Assembly: GCA_044224875.1 (NCBI GenBank)
Contig: JBGAJQ010000014.1
Coordinates: forward strand, 27,350-91,349
Origin: Gemmatimonadaceae bacterium
GTDB lineage: Bacteria > Gemmatimonadota > Gemmatimonadetes > Gemmatimonadales > Gemmatimonadaceae
Direction of reading: 5' to 3'
DNA length: 64,000 bases
The notes under the pieces were generated by a model. It was given only the letters and a program-made list of their open reading frames with translations. It was not told where the DNA came from and ran no database searches. The position numbers and the translations under genes are program-made. Numbering within the stretch: the stretch's first letter is position 1; each line of letters begins with the position of its first letter. Positions 9,370 to 19,237 of this stretch are shown here, in pieces.

Positions 9370-11244
9370 ATGGGTGAGCCAAGAATGCTTTCGGCGGGAC
9401 CGCCTGGACGGATCGGGCGGTTTGGCCTGTTGTTTGGCGCGGCCCTTGGACTTCACGGATGCGGCCTGTCGTCGTCGCGGACGAGCCAAGCGCCTTCGCC
9501 CGCCGAATCGATCCTCGCGACGGCTGCGCTGTCCGATGTGGTGGAGAACTTCGTGGCACACGAACGCGCCGAACAATTCAGCCTTCGAATACGTGTCGGC
9601 GTTCTGCTGGACACAATTCCTGCCCTTACGCGGCGTGGGGCGCGCGACGAAGCGCGGTTTGCCAGAGCGGCGGTTCGACGGATCGACGGCATTGCCGTCG
9701 AGGCGCTGTCGGAGGAGAACTACCTCACCTTGCTGGCGATGCGGTACGCTCTCGAAAGCAGGTCTGAGCAGGCCATCTACTATGCGAACGACCTGACGCT
9801 CTTCTCTCCGGGCTCACCCTTGGCCGACCTGACGCGGCTCATGTCGGAGTATTCGTTTGCCGACAGTTCGGACATGACGCGGTACGTCGCCTTGGTGTCG
9901 GCGCTTGGACCGGTGGCGGACTCGCTGAGGGCCGACCTGGCTGCGCGGGCATCGACCGGGATCGTGCTGTCGCGTCCCGCGATTAACCGGGCGGTCTCAT
10001 TCTTCTCGATGTTCGAGGTGGCGAGTGCGGCGCACGTGCTCCATGTCAACTCGCAGCGCGTGGCGCATTTGGACACGAGGGCGTCGGGACGTTTCGTCAC
10101 CACGGTGGATTCCATTCTCTCGTCGACCGTGGCGCCATCGTTTCGACGCCTAACGACATATCTCCAGGGTGCCTATGGCGCGAAGGCGCCTTCGGGGCTG
10201 GGGTTGTGGCAGTATGTTGGCGGGAAGGCGTACTATGGCACGCTCGTTCGTCGCTGGACCACCATGGACATCACGCCGGAGCAAGCCCACGACGGCAGTC
10301 TTCGCGAAGTGGCGCGCTTGGACAGTGCGTTGTTGGAGCTTCGCAAAAAGATGGGTGGGCCAATCCTCGCGGATTCGTTCCATGCCGTGCTCCGGCGGGA
10401 CGCAAGCCACACGGCCACCGACGAGGATGCAGTGGTCGACCGAATCCTGGTTGCGCAGGGGAGTGTGCCGACGGACCTGGACAGCATCATGCCGCCGGTG
10501 CGTGTGTGGCCCGTGGTCGTGCACGGGGGAGGGCTCGTTGCGCCTGGCGATCGGATCTTCGGCCTATACCGTCCTCCCACCGCCAGCGATTCGGTCGGGC
10601 GGTACGCCCTGGGCCGTGCGCTCACCTCGGCCGGCATGCTGGTTGTTGCTGACGGTCTGAGCTTTTTTGCGTTGATACCGGGGTGGCACCAGCTGCTTGG
10701 CCGGCTACTGGTTCCTGGAATGGACGTGGCACGCTACTACACGGAGGTGCCGGCGTTCACCGATGGCTGGGCGTTCACGGCACTCGACATGGCACGCGAA
10801 CGTGGCGCGCTTCCCAACCTCTACTCGCAGTACGGCGCCCTGATGATGGAGCAGATCGCCTGCGTACGCTCGGTGGTCGACGGCGGCATACACTATTTCG
10901 GCTGGACGGAGCAGCAGGCACGGATGTTCTATGCCACGCACACGATGCTCGAGCCAGAAGAGATAGCCAACGAGATCCTCAGGCTGGCGGTCGATGCGCC
11001 GGGTGCTGGTTTGGCGTCGTGCACGGGGATTCGGGAAATGCGAGGCGTGCGACGCTGGATGCAACGGGAGCTGAAGGGTGACTTTGATGCGCGACGCTTT
11101 TACGGCGAGGTGAGCTCACTGGGCCCGATCCCGCTTCAGGCGCTTGGGCGGCACTTCGAGTGGTGGTTGTACCAGGAGCGAATGCGACTGCGAGCGAAGT
11201 CGGTTCCCGCGAAGCCCAAGGGGAGTCCGTCTCAGTTCCACTGA
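9370..11244 (+). CDS. DUF885-family lipoprotein with degenerate metal-binding motif
   Basis: GLGLWQYVGGKAYY, WTTMDITPEQAH, VVDGGIHYFGWT and FDARRFYGEV match DUF885; lipobox LHGC. ORF open from 9316. Confidence 0.8.
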   Translation: MGEPRMLSAGPPGRIGRFGLLFGAALGLHGCGLSSSRTSQAPSPAESILATAALSDVVENFVAHERAEQFSLRIRVGVLLDTIPALTRRGARDEARFARAAVRRIDGIAVEALSEENYLTLLAMRYALESRSEQAIYYANDLTLFSPGSPLADLTRLMSEYSFADSSDMTRYVALVSALGPVADSLRADLAARASTGIVLSRPAINRAVSFFSMFEVASAAHVLHVNSQRVAHLDTRASGRFVTTVDSILSSTVAPSFRRLTTYLQGAYGAKAPSGLGLWQYVGGKAYYGTLVRRWTTMDITPEQAHDGSLREVARLDSALLELRKKMGGPILADSFHAVLRRDASHTATDEDAVVDRILVAQGSVPTDLDSIMPPVRVWPVVVHGGGLVAPGDRIFGLYRPPTASDSVGRYALGRALTSAGMLVVADGLSFFALIPGWHQLLGRLLVPGMDVARYYTEVPAFTDGWAFTALDMARERGALPNLYSQYGALMMEQIACVRSVVDGGIHYFGWTEQQARMFYATHTMLEPEEIANEILRLAVDAPGAGLASCTGIREMRGVRRWMQRELKGDFDARRFYGEVSSLGPIPLQALGRHFEWWLYQERMRLRAKSVPAKPKGSPSQFH

Positions 11245-12971
11245 GCGTCCACCGCGCCGACGTCGCGCAGGGTGCGGATGACGGCGTCTACGTCTTCGTG
11301 TGCGCCGATGACGATGAGATCGTCCGGAAGCGCCAGGGCTGCCACCTGACGTACGGCAGCCAGCTCATCGGGTGCACGAATGATCCGCTGCCCGTCGAAG
11401 CCTAACGCGGTCAATTCTGTTGTTAGGATGTCCGTGATCTCGCCCAGCACCCGTCCGCGGAGGTACTTTGGCATCTCCTTGAGTACCACGATGTCCGGAC
11501 CGAATGCCGCCACGGCGACGGCGAGTTCGTGCAGCGCGTCGTTACCACGATCACCGGCCTGACCGAGTACCACGAGGCGTCTACCATTGACGCCGGCAAA
11601 CCCCTCGCGCATAGCGCGCCAGCCGTCCGCGTTGTGCACGAAGTCCACCACCACGCGGGCGTCGTTGAGTGACAAGCGCACTAACCGACCCGGATTATGG
11701 CTCGGAAGCGCACCAAACGTGGCGAGTACATCGCGCACGCTGGTGACATCGATACCTAACGACAGCGCCGCACCAGTGGCGGCCAGCACATTTGCCGCAT
11801 TGTAGCGGAGCTGCCCACCCAGTGTGAGTGGCATGTGGGCCAACTGACCAAAATCGTACCGGTCGCCCTTGAACCGACCGATGACGTGCTCGTCCTCCAG
11901 CCACACTATATCCTGGCTTGAGGAAAGCAAGGTGCGAGCGTTGCTCCGATCCAGGTCGACGGAGAACCAGAGGACCGGCGCTTCCACCTGCGCCGCAAGT
12001 CGTCGAAGAACCGCGTCGTCGGCGTTGAGGATGACATGGCCGGTCGAAGGAACGGCGCGTGCGACGACGAGCTTCGCGGCACCAAGGTCCTCTAGATCGT
12101 CCACGCCATATTCGCCCAGGTGGTCACCGCTGATGTTGGTGACGACGGCTACGTCTGCCCGATCGGCGGCGAGTCCCCGACGGAGAATGCCGCCGCGGGC
12201 CGTCTCGAGCACTGATGCGTTCACTCGGCGGTCGTGCAGGATGGTGCGTGCACCAGCGGGCCCCGCGTAGTCTCCGTGCGCGATGCACTCGCCGTTCACC
12301 CAGAGGCCGTCGGTGCAGCTCCACCCCGTCGTACGGCCGGAGGACTGCAGCATGGCGGCCAGCAACCGGGTCGTGGTGGTCTTTCCATTGGAGCCGGTGA
12401 CGAGAGCGACCGGTATGTCGTGCAGGCTTGTCCACGGCACACGTTCGACGTCCGGGAGCGCTGCCAACGACCAGGTGCAACTCCCGCTTCCGGTCCCGAT
12501 CGACAGCGCCTCATCATCGCTGGTGACGGAGAGGCCGTTGGTGCGCGCCGCCTGCACAAGTGCCATCAGTGCCGGCCGGCGGTCGTGCTGTTGGAAGACG
12601 CGCAGTCGCGCGGTGAGGTCCTCGAGGTCGGTCGATCGCCCGTCGGCCAAGGCCTCGGCCGCGATCCACACCTGTTCATTTACCTCGGTGGCGGCGAGCA
12701 GGCCATCCAGTGGCGCAGACAGGAAGAGTCCGACGAAGGTCCTCGCGGAGTTGTACCTGACGGTAAGGGTCTCGTGTTCCCAGCCGATGCGCGGGAGGAC
12801 CTCCCGCATGAGGACGAGCCAGCGGTCAGGAAGGCCGGAGATCTCAGGACGGAGCGCGATTTCCAAGACGGCGCCCGGTCGGTGGCAATACAGATTGGCC
12901 CCTGTGAGCCGTCGCGAACCGACGATCGAGGGAGACGGGTAAGGCGATGGCCCTTCTGTGGGACTGCTCAT
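11232..12971 (-). CDS. Cyanophycin-synthetase-like Mur ligase protein lacking the ATP-grasp domain
   Basis: N-terminus resembles CphA (SRRLTGANLY); Mur-ligase motifs VTGSNGKTTT, VLETARGG, TNISGDHLG, LNADD and PGRL; 579 aa versus 934 aa for CphA. Confidence 0.85.
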   Translation of the reverse strand: MSSPTEGPSPYPSPSIVGSRRLTGANLYCHRPGAVLEIALRPEISGLPDRWLVLMREVLPRIGWEHETLTVRYNSARTFVGLFLSAPLDGLLAATEVNEQVWIAAEALADGRSTDLEDLTARLRVFQQHDRRPALMALVQAARTNGLSVTSDDEALSIGTGSGSCTWSLAALPDVERVPWTSLHDIPVALVTGSNGKTTTTRLLAAMLQSSGRTTGWSCTDGLWVNGECIAHGDYAGPAGARTILHDRRVNASVLETARGGILRRGLAADRADVAVVTNISGDHLGEYGVDDLEDLGAAKLVVARAVPSTGHVILNADDAVLRRLAAQVEAPVLWFSVDLDRSNARTLLSSSQDIVWLEDEHVIGRFKGDRYDFGQLAHMPLTLGGQLRYNAANVLAATGAALSLGIDVTSVRDVLATFGALPSHNPGRLVRLSLNDARVVVDFVHNADGWRAMREGFAGVNGRRLVVLGQAGDRGNDALHELAVAVAAFGPDIVVLKEMPKYLRGRVLGEITDILTTELTALGFDGQRIIRAPDELAAVRQVAALALPDDLIVIGAHEDVDAVIRTLRDVGAVDAQWN

Positions 12972-12978
12972 CGGTCGT

Positions 12979-15783
12979 TCAGTCGTCAGCGTCGCGGGCT
13001 AGGCGGACACCACGCTCGTCGCGGACGAGCACCATGTCGTCGCTGAGCAACGGTGCGTCGTAGTTCGCGTCGAGCGACTCGAGCACGGTATCCTCATCCG
13101 ACGGTGGCGTCGTGGAGCCGGTCAGGGTCGCGATCTCGGGCTTGAAGTGGACGACTTGCTTCCAGCTCCGAGCGACGGCATCGGCAAAGATCAACACGAG
13201 GTCGCCAGGCTGGGCGAGTCGCAAGGCGGCATCGATGGCAAGTTGTTCATCGGGAATTACGGCGATGCGAGCGTCGTCGATTCCGGAACTTCGCAGGGCG
13301 CTGCGGATCATTTCCGGAACTACGTGTCCTTCGCGTCCGCGCAGGTCATCATCACGGCGGCAGATGTAGTGATCGAAGCTTGCTTTTGCCGCGACGCTTC
13401 CGATCTCGCGAATGTCTTCGTCGCGGCGATCGCCCGGGCCAGCCACCACACAGATCCGGCGGCCTTTGACATCGAGTCGTCGAGCCAGCTGGCACAGCTG
13501 ATCCACGGCGGCCGCGTTGTGACCATAGTCCATGATCACCTTGAACGGGAGCTCGTCGAAGACGTTCAACCTGCCGGGGACCTGGTAGAACGTGGTATGG
13601 AAGGTTCGCAGCCCGTTGCGGATGTCTTCCAACCGAACACCCATGCTGTACGCCATGGCCGCGGCAACCATCGCGTTCTGGACGTTAAAGGTCGCCTTTC
13701 CCTCGAGTGTCGCTGGGATCAAGTGCGTCCAAAGCAGGGAGATGTGTGCACCCTTGTCGTAAATGGTGATCATCTGCCCGTTGACTCCGCCTTCGAGTCC
13801 GATCGCGCGCCCGCCGGCGCGAATGTGCTCGCGTACGAGCTGATGCTGCGGGTTCATCGTGACGTAGCAGACGTTCTTGGCATCCGTGTAGGCGGCCATG
13901 CGCAGGCAGTGTGGATCGTCGGCGTTCAGTACCGCCGTATCGCGCGCGACCTCCACGATGATGCGCTTGACCTCCGCGAGTTGCTCCAACGAGTCAATTC
14001 CGCGCATGCCGAGGTGGTCGGACTGGACGTTGAGCACCGCTCCGACATCGACGTGACGGACCGCCATGCCGGCCCTGAGAAGCCCCCCGCGTGCGACTTC
14101 GAGGACCGCCACGTCGATCGTGGGATCGGAGAGCACCATGCGAGCCGAGACCGGACCGGTCATGTCGCCGGCGACCGTTCGCTGGCCGTCGATGTAGACG
14201 CCGTCCGTAGAGGTCATGCCAACGGTGCGGCCTGCGAGCTTGTGGATGTGCGCCAGCATCCGCGACGTGGTGGTCTTTCCGTTTGTGCCAGTGATGGCGG
14301 CAATCGGTATGAGACTTGGTGATCCTGGCGGGAAGAGCATGTCGACCACGCGGGCCGCGACATCCCGCGGTTTTCCCTCAGAGGGGGCGGTGTGCATACG
14401 GAAACCGGGCGCCGCGTTCACTTCGCAGATGGCGCCGCCGATTTCCTTGTAGGACTTCGTGATATCGGGCGACAAGAAGTCCACACCACCGACATCGAGT
14501 CCGATTGCCTTGATGGCGCGTACCGCCATCTCAACATTGTCGGGGTGGATGCTATCGGTGACATCGGTGGCGGTGCCACCGGTTGACAGGTTCGCCGTGA
14601 GGCGCAGGTAAACCACGTCACCGTCAGACGGAACGCTGGTTCGCGTGTAGCCGCGCTTCGTAAGCAATTCTTCTGCTTGGGCGTCCAGCTCGAGTCGCGT
14701 GAGGACCTTTTCGTGTCCGATGCCGCGCCTCGGGTCCGCATTGACGATAGCAATGAGCTCTTCGACGGTATGGACCGCATCGCCGACGATGTGTCCGGGT
14801 TCGCGCTTGGATGCAGCGACGAGTTCACCGTCGATCACTAGCAAGCGATGATCGAAGCCCGTGATGAAGCTCTCCACGAGTACGCTGCGGGAGTGCTCAC
14901 GCGCGATGTGAAATGCGTGTCGTACCTGTGCCTCGTCCATGAGGAGAATAGAGACACCTCGGCCGTGATTGGCGTTGTACGGCTTGACGACGACGGGATA
15001 TCCAATCCGTTCGGCAGCTGCAACTGCACCATCGTCGCTTTGGACGAGTCGTTGCTGCGGCACTGGCAACCCCAGGTTGGCGAGGATCTTGTTCGTTTCT
15101 TCCTTGTCCGACGCCAGCTCCACGGCGATATGCGGCGTGAGGCTAGTGACCGTGGCCTGGATGCGTCGCTGATAGCGTCCGTAACCCAGTTGAATCAATG
15201 AAAACTGGTTGAGTCGAATCCAGGGAATGTCCCGGCGTGCGGCCTCGTGCACGATGGACGCCGTGCTTGGGCCGAGGGCTCGACGCTGCGCATACTTGAT
15301 GAACTCCTCACGGGCCCGCTCCCAGTCGAAGTCTGCGGGGAAGTCGCCAGGGCGTAGTTCCACTGGAAGCAACGAGTGGAGCAGTGCAAGGGCCAAGTCC
15401 GCGGCCTCGTTTCCAACCTCGGCCTGCTCATATTCGAAGACGACATCGTAGACCCCCGGGCGATCATCGACACTTCGCGTCTTACCGAAGGTGACGGACT
15501 CGCCTGCGGCATTCTGCAGCTCGATCGCGCAATGTTCGAGAACGTGACCGAGCCAGGTGCCTTCCTCCTCACGCATGCGACGAATGAAGCCACCAGGCTC
15601 GCTGTAGGAGCAGCCGTGTTCATGCAGACCGGGAAGGCGTTCGAGGAGCGCGACGATGAAGGCGTCGCCGAGTCGCGATGTTGGCCACTGCTCCAAAACG
15701 CCGAGATCGACTTCGAGTCGGATAACCGGGAAATGCGCGTAGAGAGAGGGGCCGACGAAGACTCGTCGATCGAGGATGCGCAT
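12979..15783 (-). CDS. cphA: Cyanophycin synthetase CphA1
   Basis: GTWLGHVLEH N-domain motif, LGPSTASIV, ATP-grasp motifs (VVKPYNANHGRGV, ANLSTGG, EVNAAPGFRMH) and Mur motif ITGTNGKTTT. Confidence 0.97.
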   Translation of the reverse strand: MRILDRRVFVGPSLYAHFPVIRLEVDLGVLEQWPTSRLGDAFIVALLERLPGLHEHGCSYSEPGGFIRRMREEEGTWLGHVLEHCAIELQNAAGESVTFGKTRSVDDRPGVYDVVFEYEQAEVGNEAADLALALLHSLLPVELRPGDFPADFDWERAREEFIKYAQRRALGPSTASIVHEAARRDIPWIRLNQFSLIQLGYGRYQRRIQATVTSLTPHIAVELASDKEETNKILANLGLPVPQQRLVQSDDGAVAAAERIGYPVVVKPYNANHGRGVSILLMDEAQVRHAFHIAREHSRSVLVESFITGFDHRLLVIDGELVAASKREPGHIVGDAVHTVEELIAIVNADPRRGIGHEKVLTRLELDAQAEELLTKRGYTRTSVPSDGDVVYLRLTANLSTGGTATDVTDSIHPDNVEMAVRAIKAIGLDVGGVDFLSPDITKSYKEIGGAICEVNAAPGFRMHTAPSEGKPRDVAARVVDMLFPPGSPSLIPIAAITGTNGKTTTSRMLAHIHKLAGRTVGMTSTDGVYIDGQRTVAGDMTGPVSARMVLSDPTIDVAVLEVARGGLLRAGMAVRHVDVGAVLNVQSDHLGMRGIDSLEQLAEVKRIIVEVARDTAVLNADDPHCLRMAAYTDAKNVCYVTMNPQHQLVREHIRAGGRAIGLEGGVNGQMITIYDKGAHISLLWTHLIPATLEGKATFNVQNAMVAAAMAYSMGVRLEDIRNGLRTFHTTFYQVPGRLNVFDELPFKVIMDYGHNAAAVDQLCQLARRLDVKGRRICVVAGPGDRRDEDIREIGSVAAKASFDHYICRRDDDLRGREGHVVPEMIRSALRSSGIDDARIAVIPDEQLAIDAALRLAQPGDLVLIFADAVARSWKQVVHFKPEIATLTGSTTPPSDEDTVLESLDANYDAPLLSDDMVLVRDERGVRLARDADD

Positions 15784-15866
15784 GTGGGCGGCGGCGAAGG
15801 TGGGAGGTGACGCGCCGGAAGAATGCCCATAGCTGCGCCAAGGAGGCGCGGCTCACTGCGGATGCT

Positions 15867-16700
15867 CTAGCGGCGTTCGGCTGTTTCCTGCGGGGCGCCG
15901 GCGTTCCTGGTGTGCAGGTTGTACGTGGCGCCGTGCGTGAGAATGTGCAGCCGGATGCCGATGAGCGTAACAGGATCGGAAGGGGCAGCATGGTCCGCCG
16001 CCGAATATTCGACGTGGGACGGGTCGACGATCGTAATGGCGCTCGATCCGCGGATTTCAATGACCTCGTCGGGTCCAATGAATGCTGCCGTGTCCTCATC
16101 CAGGCCGAGGCCAACCGCGAAGGGATTGAGCGAGAGCGACATGAGCAACCGTCCGAGGCGGTCGCGCTGCCGGAAGTGTTGGTCGACGACAATGCGGTTG
16201 GTAAGCCCGAGGCCGGGCGCAAGGCTCACCATGCCCTGACGTGGAGTGGGACCTTCGTCTCCGAACGCGATCATGTGTTCTGAGAGGAAGGCCGCACCGG
16301 CAGACGTTCCCGCCACGTGCTGTCCGTGCGCGTTGCGGCGGCGCAGGAGCTTGGCCACCGGCGTACCGCCTAACGTCGTGGAGAGTCGAAGTTGGGTGCC
16401 ACCGGTCAAGAAGACGCCGTCGGCTTGTTCCAGGCGCTCGAGAACGTCCGCTCGCTCGCAGTCCGCCCGCGCTTCTATGGGGAGGGCGATGGCGGTCTTC
16501 GCTCCCATCGCCTTGAAGGCCTGCTCGTAGTGCGCACCCGTGTCGGGGTCCGATGATGCCGTGGGAATGATGGCGATGTGGGCCCGACGTCCTCCGCAGA
16601 GTTCGAGGAAGTGCGTGAGGATGTCGGAATCGCCAATACGCCCACCGATGGGAACGATGTAACCGCGGCTTCCGTTTTCAGGAACTCGAGAAGGACTCAT
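15867..16700 (-). CDS. cphB: Cyanophycinase
   Basis: IIPTAS, FLTGGTQLRL, GTSAGA (Ser), DQHF (His), GLDEDTA (Glu); directly upstream of cphA. Confidence 0.93.
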   Translation of the reverse strand: MSPSRVPENGSRGYIVPIGGRIGDSDILTHFLELCGGRRAHIAIIPTASSDPDTGAHYEQAFKAMGAKTAIALPIEARADCERADVLERLEQADGVFLTGGTQLRLSTTLGGTPVAKLLRRRNAHGQHVAGTSAGAAFLSEHMIAFGDEGPTPRQGMVSLAPGLGLTNRIVVDQHFRQRDRLGRLLMSLSLNPFAVGLGLDEDTAAFIGPDEVIEIRGSSAITIVDPSHVEYSAADHAAPSDPVTLIGIRLHILTHGATYNLHTRNAGAPQETAERR

Positions 16701-16996
16701 GCCGCGCTGAAGGTAACAAGGAGTTGGTGTCGTCGCCTAGCGGCCAAGTCTGCCCAAGTGGCGGGTATTGGCGGGTGGGAGAGCGTCTGGCGATGGTCCT
16801 GCTGTCTAAAAGAGGTGCGGCACATCGTGGAATCTCTGGTCCTTTAGAGATTTCGCCCGCCCCCTGCATGCGTGGCGTGCGTAGTTCACCCTTCAGGCAG
16901 CGCGTCTTGTCACGAATAACGGGCTAACACGGTTCCGAGCGCGAGGTTGCTGCTGCACGTGGGCGGGTACATGACCTGGCATCCTCGAGGTAGGCG

Positions 16997-17767
16997 ATGA
17001 AGAACGGCGGTTCGCGTGGCCGCGTCATCTGGCACGAATTGATCACCAGCGATCCGGCGGCGGCGGTTGAGTTCTACACGCGCACCATTGGCTGGACGGT
17101 CGACTCGAGTGGCGACGAGGGGTTAGCGACACGACTGCAAGCCAACGATCGCACCATAGGTACGATCGTGCCGCTCGCCGATGCACGAGCAGAGCGCACT
17201 CCGCATTGGCTCACGTACGTGGCATGCACGGACATCGAGGCGACGTGTCGGCATGCCGAGTCGTTAGGCGGTGTCGTTCTGGCGCCGCCGCGATTCATTC
17301 CGACCGCAGGTTGCCGCGCCGTGCTCCAGGATCCCCAGGGCGCGATCTTGGGCATTGTGGCACGTGAAGGGGAGACCGAGGGAAGGGCGCGCATGACTGC
17401 GCCGGGCGAGTTTTCGTGGCACGAACTGGCGACGACCGATTGCCGAGCAGCGCTCTCGTTCTACCGCACGCTGTTTGGATGGGAACAGACTGGCCAGTTT
17501 GATCTCGGTGCTGGGGGGATGTACTACCTCTGTGGCCAGCGTGGCGTCTGCTTCGGCGGTGTGTGCTCGGTGCGAGGCGACTCGGCAGTTCCAACGTGGC
17601 TTCCGTACATTCACGTCGCAGACATTCGCATAGCGGCCGATCGAACGGCGGCGTTTGGCGGCGCGATCTCTGTTCCGGTCTACGAGGTACCTGGCGGGGA
17701 GTGGGCGGTTGTTGGGACGGACCCGCAAGGTGCCCGGTTCGCGGCCCATCAGGTCAACCAGCGTTAA
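16997..17767 (+). CDS. VOC/glyoxalase-family protein with two tandem domains
   Basis: Duplicated WHELxTxD...FY, WLxY and DPQGA motifs. Confidence 0.9.
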   Translation: MKNGGSRGRVIWHELITSDPAAAVEFYTRTIGWTVDSSGDEGLATRLQANDRTIGTIVPLADARAERTPHWLTYVACTDIEATCRHAESLGGVVLAPPRFIPTAGCRAVLQDPQGAILGIVAREGETEGRARMTAPGEFSWHELATTDCRAALSFYRTLFGWEQTGQFDLGAGGMYYLCGQRGVCFGGVCSVRGDSAVPTWLPYIHVADIRIAADRTAAFGGAISVPVYEVPGGEWAVVGTDPQGARFAAHQVNQR

Positions 17768-17956
17768 CGGCCTCGCGTCAACCGGGCTCTTGTAGCCCGT
17801 CGGATATCGCGCCGAGGCGATGTTGCGCGGTGCCCTCCGAAGCGGTCTTGGGAGAGGGCCAACCCTTGACGTGTCAAGGAGAAACGCGATCCGGCTGGCT
17901 GGCAGCGTCATCATCCGATACGTTGGCCATGCACCGCCCAACCCACAGGATCTTCG

Positions 17957-19237
17957 GTGAGCGATTCGTTCAACCACGGCGGAGTGCGGCGCACTCCGCC
18001 AATGAACTGGCGCGTCGACGAGCGACGCACGCCACGCGACAGCATGGCGCACGTTGCAGGCGGTGGGTTGACTCGCGTTTGCGTGATCGTGGGGACGCGT
18101 CCCGAAGTGATCAAGATGGCGCCGGTCATTCACCGTCTGAACGCAAGAGCGTCCGTGTTTGAGACGGTCATCGTGACTACCGCGCAGCATCGGGAGATGT
18201 TGGCGCAGGCGATGGAGACATTCGACATCGTGCCGCATGTGGACTTGGCGTTGATGTCGGCGAGGCAGGAGCTGGCGGATTTTACCTCGCGAGCATTGTT
18301 GGCGCTGTCGAGCTGCTTGCGGGAACTGCGTCCCGACGTCGTCCTGGTGCAGGGTGACACGACAACGGTGATGGCGGCGTCGCTGGCCGCACACTACCTC
18401 GGAATTCCAATCGGGCATGTGGAGGCCGGCCTACGCTCAGGCAATCTTCACAACCCGTTTCCAGAAGAGCTGAATCGCCGGCTCGCGAGCGCGGTGGCCG
18501 ACCTGCACTTTGCGCCAACGGAGCAAGCGCGAGCGAATCTGCTTCGGGAAGGAATACCCGAGAGGCAGATCATTACGACCGGCAACACGATCGTCGATGC
18601 GCTTCAGCGAATTCCTCCTCGAGCGCGCTTCGAGACCGAACGGTTGAACACGCTTCCGTGGGACGATCCGGTGGTACTCGCGACGGTTCACCGACGAGAG
18701 AATATTGGAGATCCCCTGCGACAGATCTGCGCCGCGATGTGTGACCTGACGCAGCGATTTCCGCGGCTGCACCTCTTGTTTCCGGTTCACCTAAACCCGC
18801 ACGTTCGAGACATCGTGATGGACGAGCTTCGGGATCATGATCGCATTGTGCTGGTGGATCCCCTTCCGTACGCGGATTTACTGGAGTGCATCCGACGGGC
18901 GCGATTCGTCATGACCGACTCAGGGGGGATCCAAGAAGAGTGTCCGTCGCTGCGAACACCGGTGTTGGTACTCCGGAAGAACACGGAGCGGCCCGAGGTG
19001 CTGACGTCGGGTTTCGGTCGCGTGGTGGGGACGGATCGCGGGGCAATTGTCGCGGCTGCCGGAGCGCTGCTCGCTGATGAGGACGCACGTCGAGCCATGA
19101 CGAGTGGTGCAAATCCGTTTGGCGACGGGCACGCTGCTGAGCGAATCGTCGAGGTACTGGAGCAGCGCATGGTGCGACGGCGTCCTCCCACCCCTCGGGC
19201 GGGGATCAAATCCGTTGGAGAGCGGCCGTCGGCATGA
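17957..19237 (+). CDS. wecB: UDP-N-acetylglucosamine 2-epimerase, non-hydrolysing (true start probably 18002 or 18044)
   Basis: GTRPEVIKMAP, VQGDTTT, HVEAGLRS, PFPEELNR, HRRE, TDSGGIQEE and NPFGDG motifs. Confidence 0.95.
   Translation: MSDSFNHGGVRRTPPMNWRVDERRTPRDSMAHVAGGGLTRVCVIVGTRPEVIKMAPVIHRLNARASVFETVIVTTAQHREMLAQAMETFDIVPHVDLALMSARQELADFTSRALLALSSCLRELRPDVVLVQGDTTTVMAASLAAHYLGIPIGHVEAGLRSGNLHNPFPEELNRRLASAVADLHFAPTEQARANLLREGIPERQIITTGNTIVDALQRIPPRARFETERLNTLPWDDPVVLATVHRRENIGDPLRQICAAMCDLTQRFPRLHLLFPVHLNPHVRDIVMDELRDHDRIVLVDPLPYADLLECIRRARFVMTDSGGIQEECPSLRTPVLVLRKNTERPEVLTSGFGRVVGTDRGAIVAAAGALLADEDARRAMTSGANPFGDGHAAERIVEVLEQRMVRRRPPTPRAGIKSVGERPSA

Noticed and set aside
13147..14322. 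391-aa plus-strand ORF
   Set aside because: Lies wholly antisense to cphA; no recognisable domain.
17264..18418. 384-aa minus-strand ORF
   Set aside because: Antisense to the VOC gene and wecB; no motifs.
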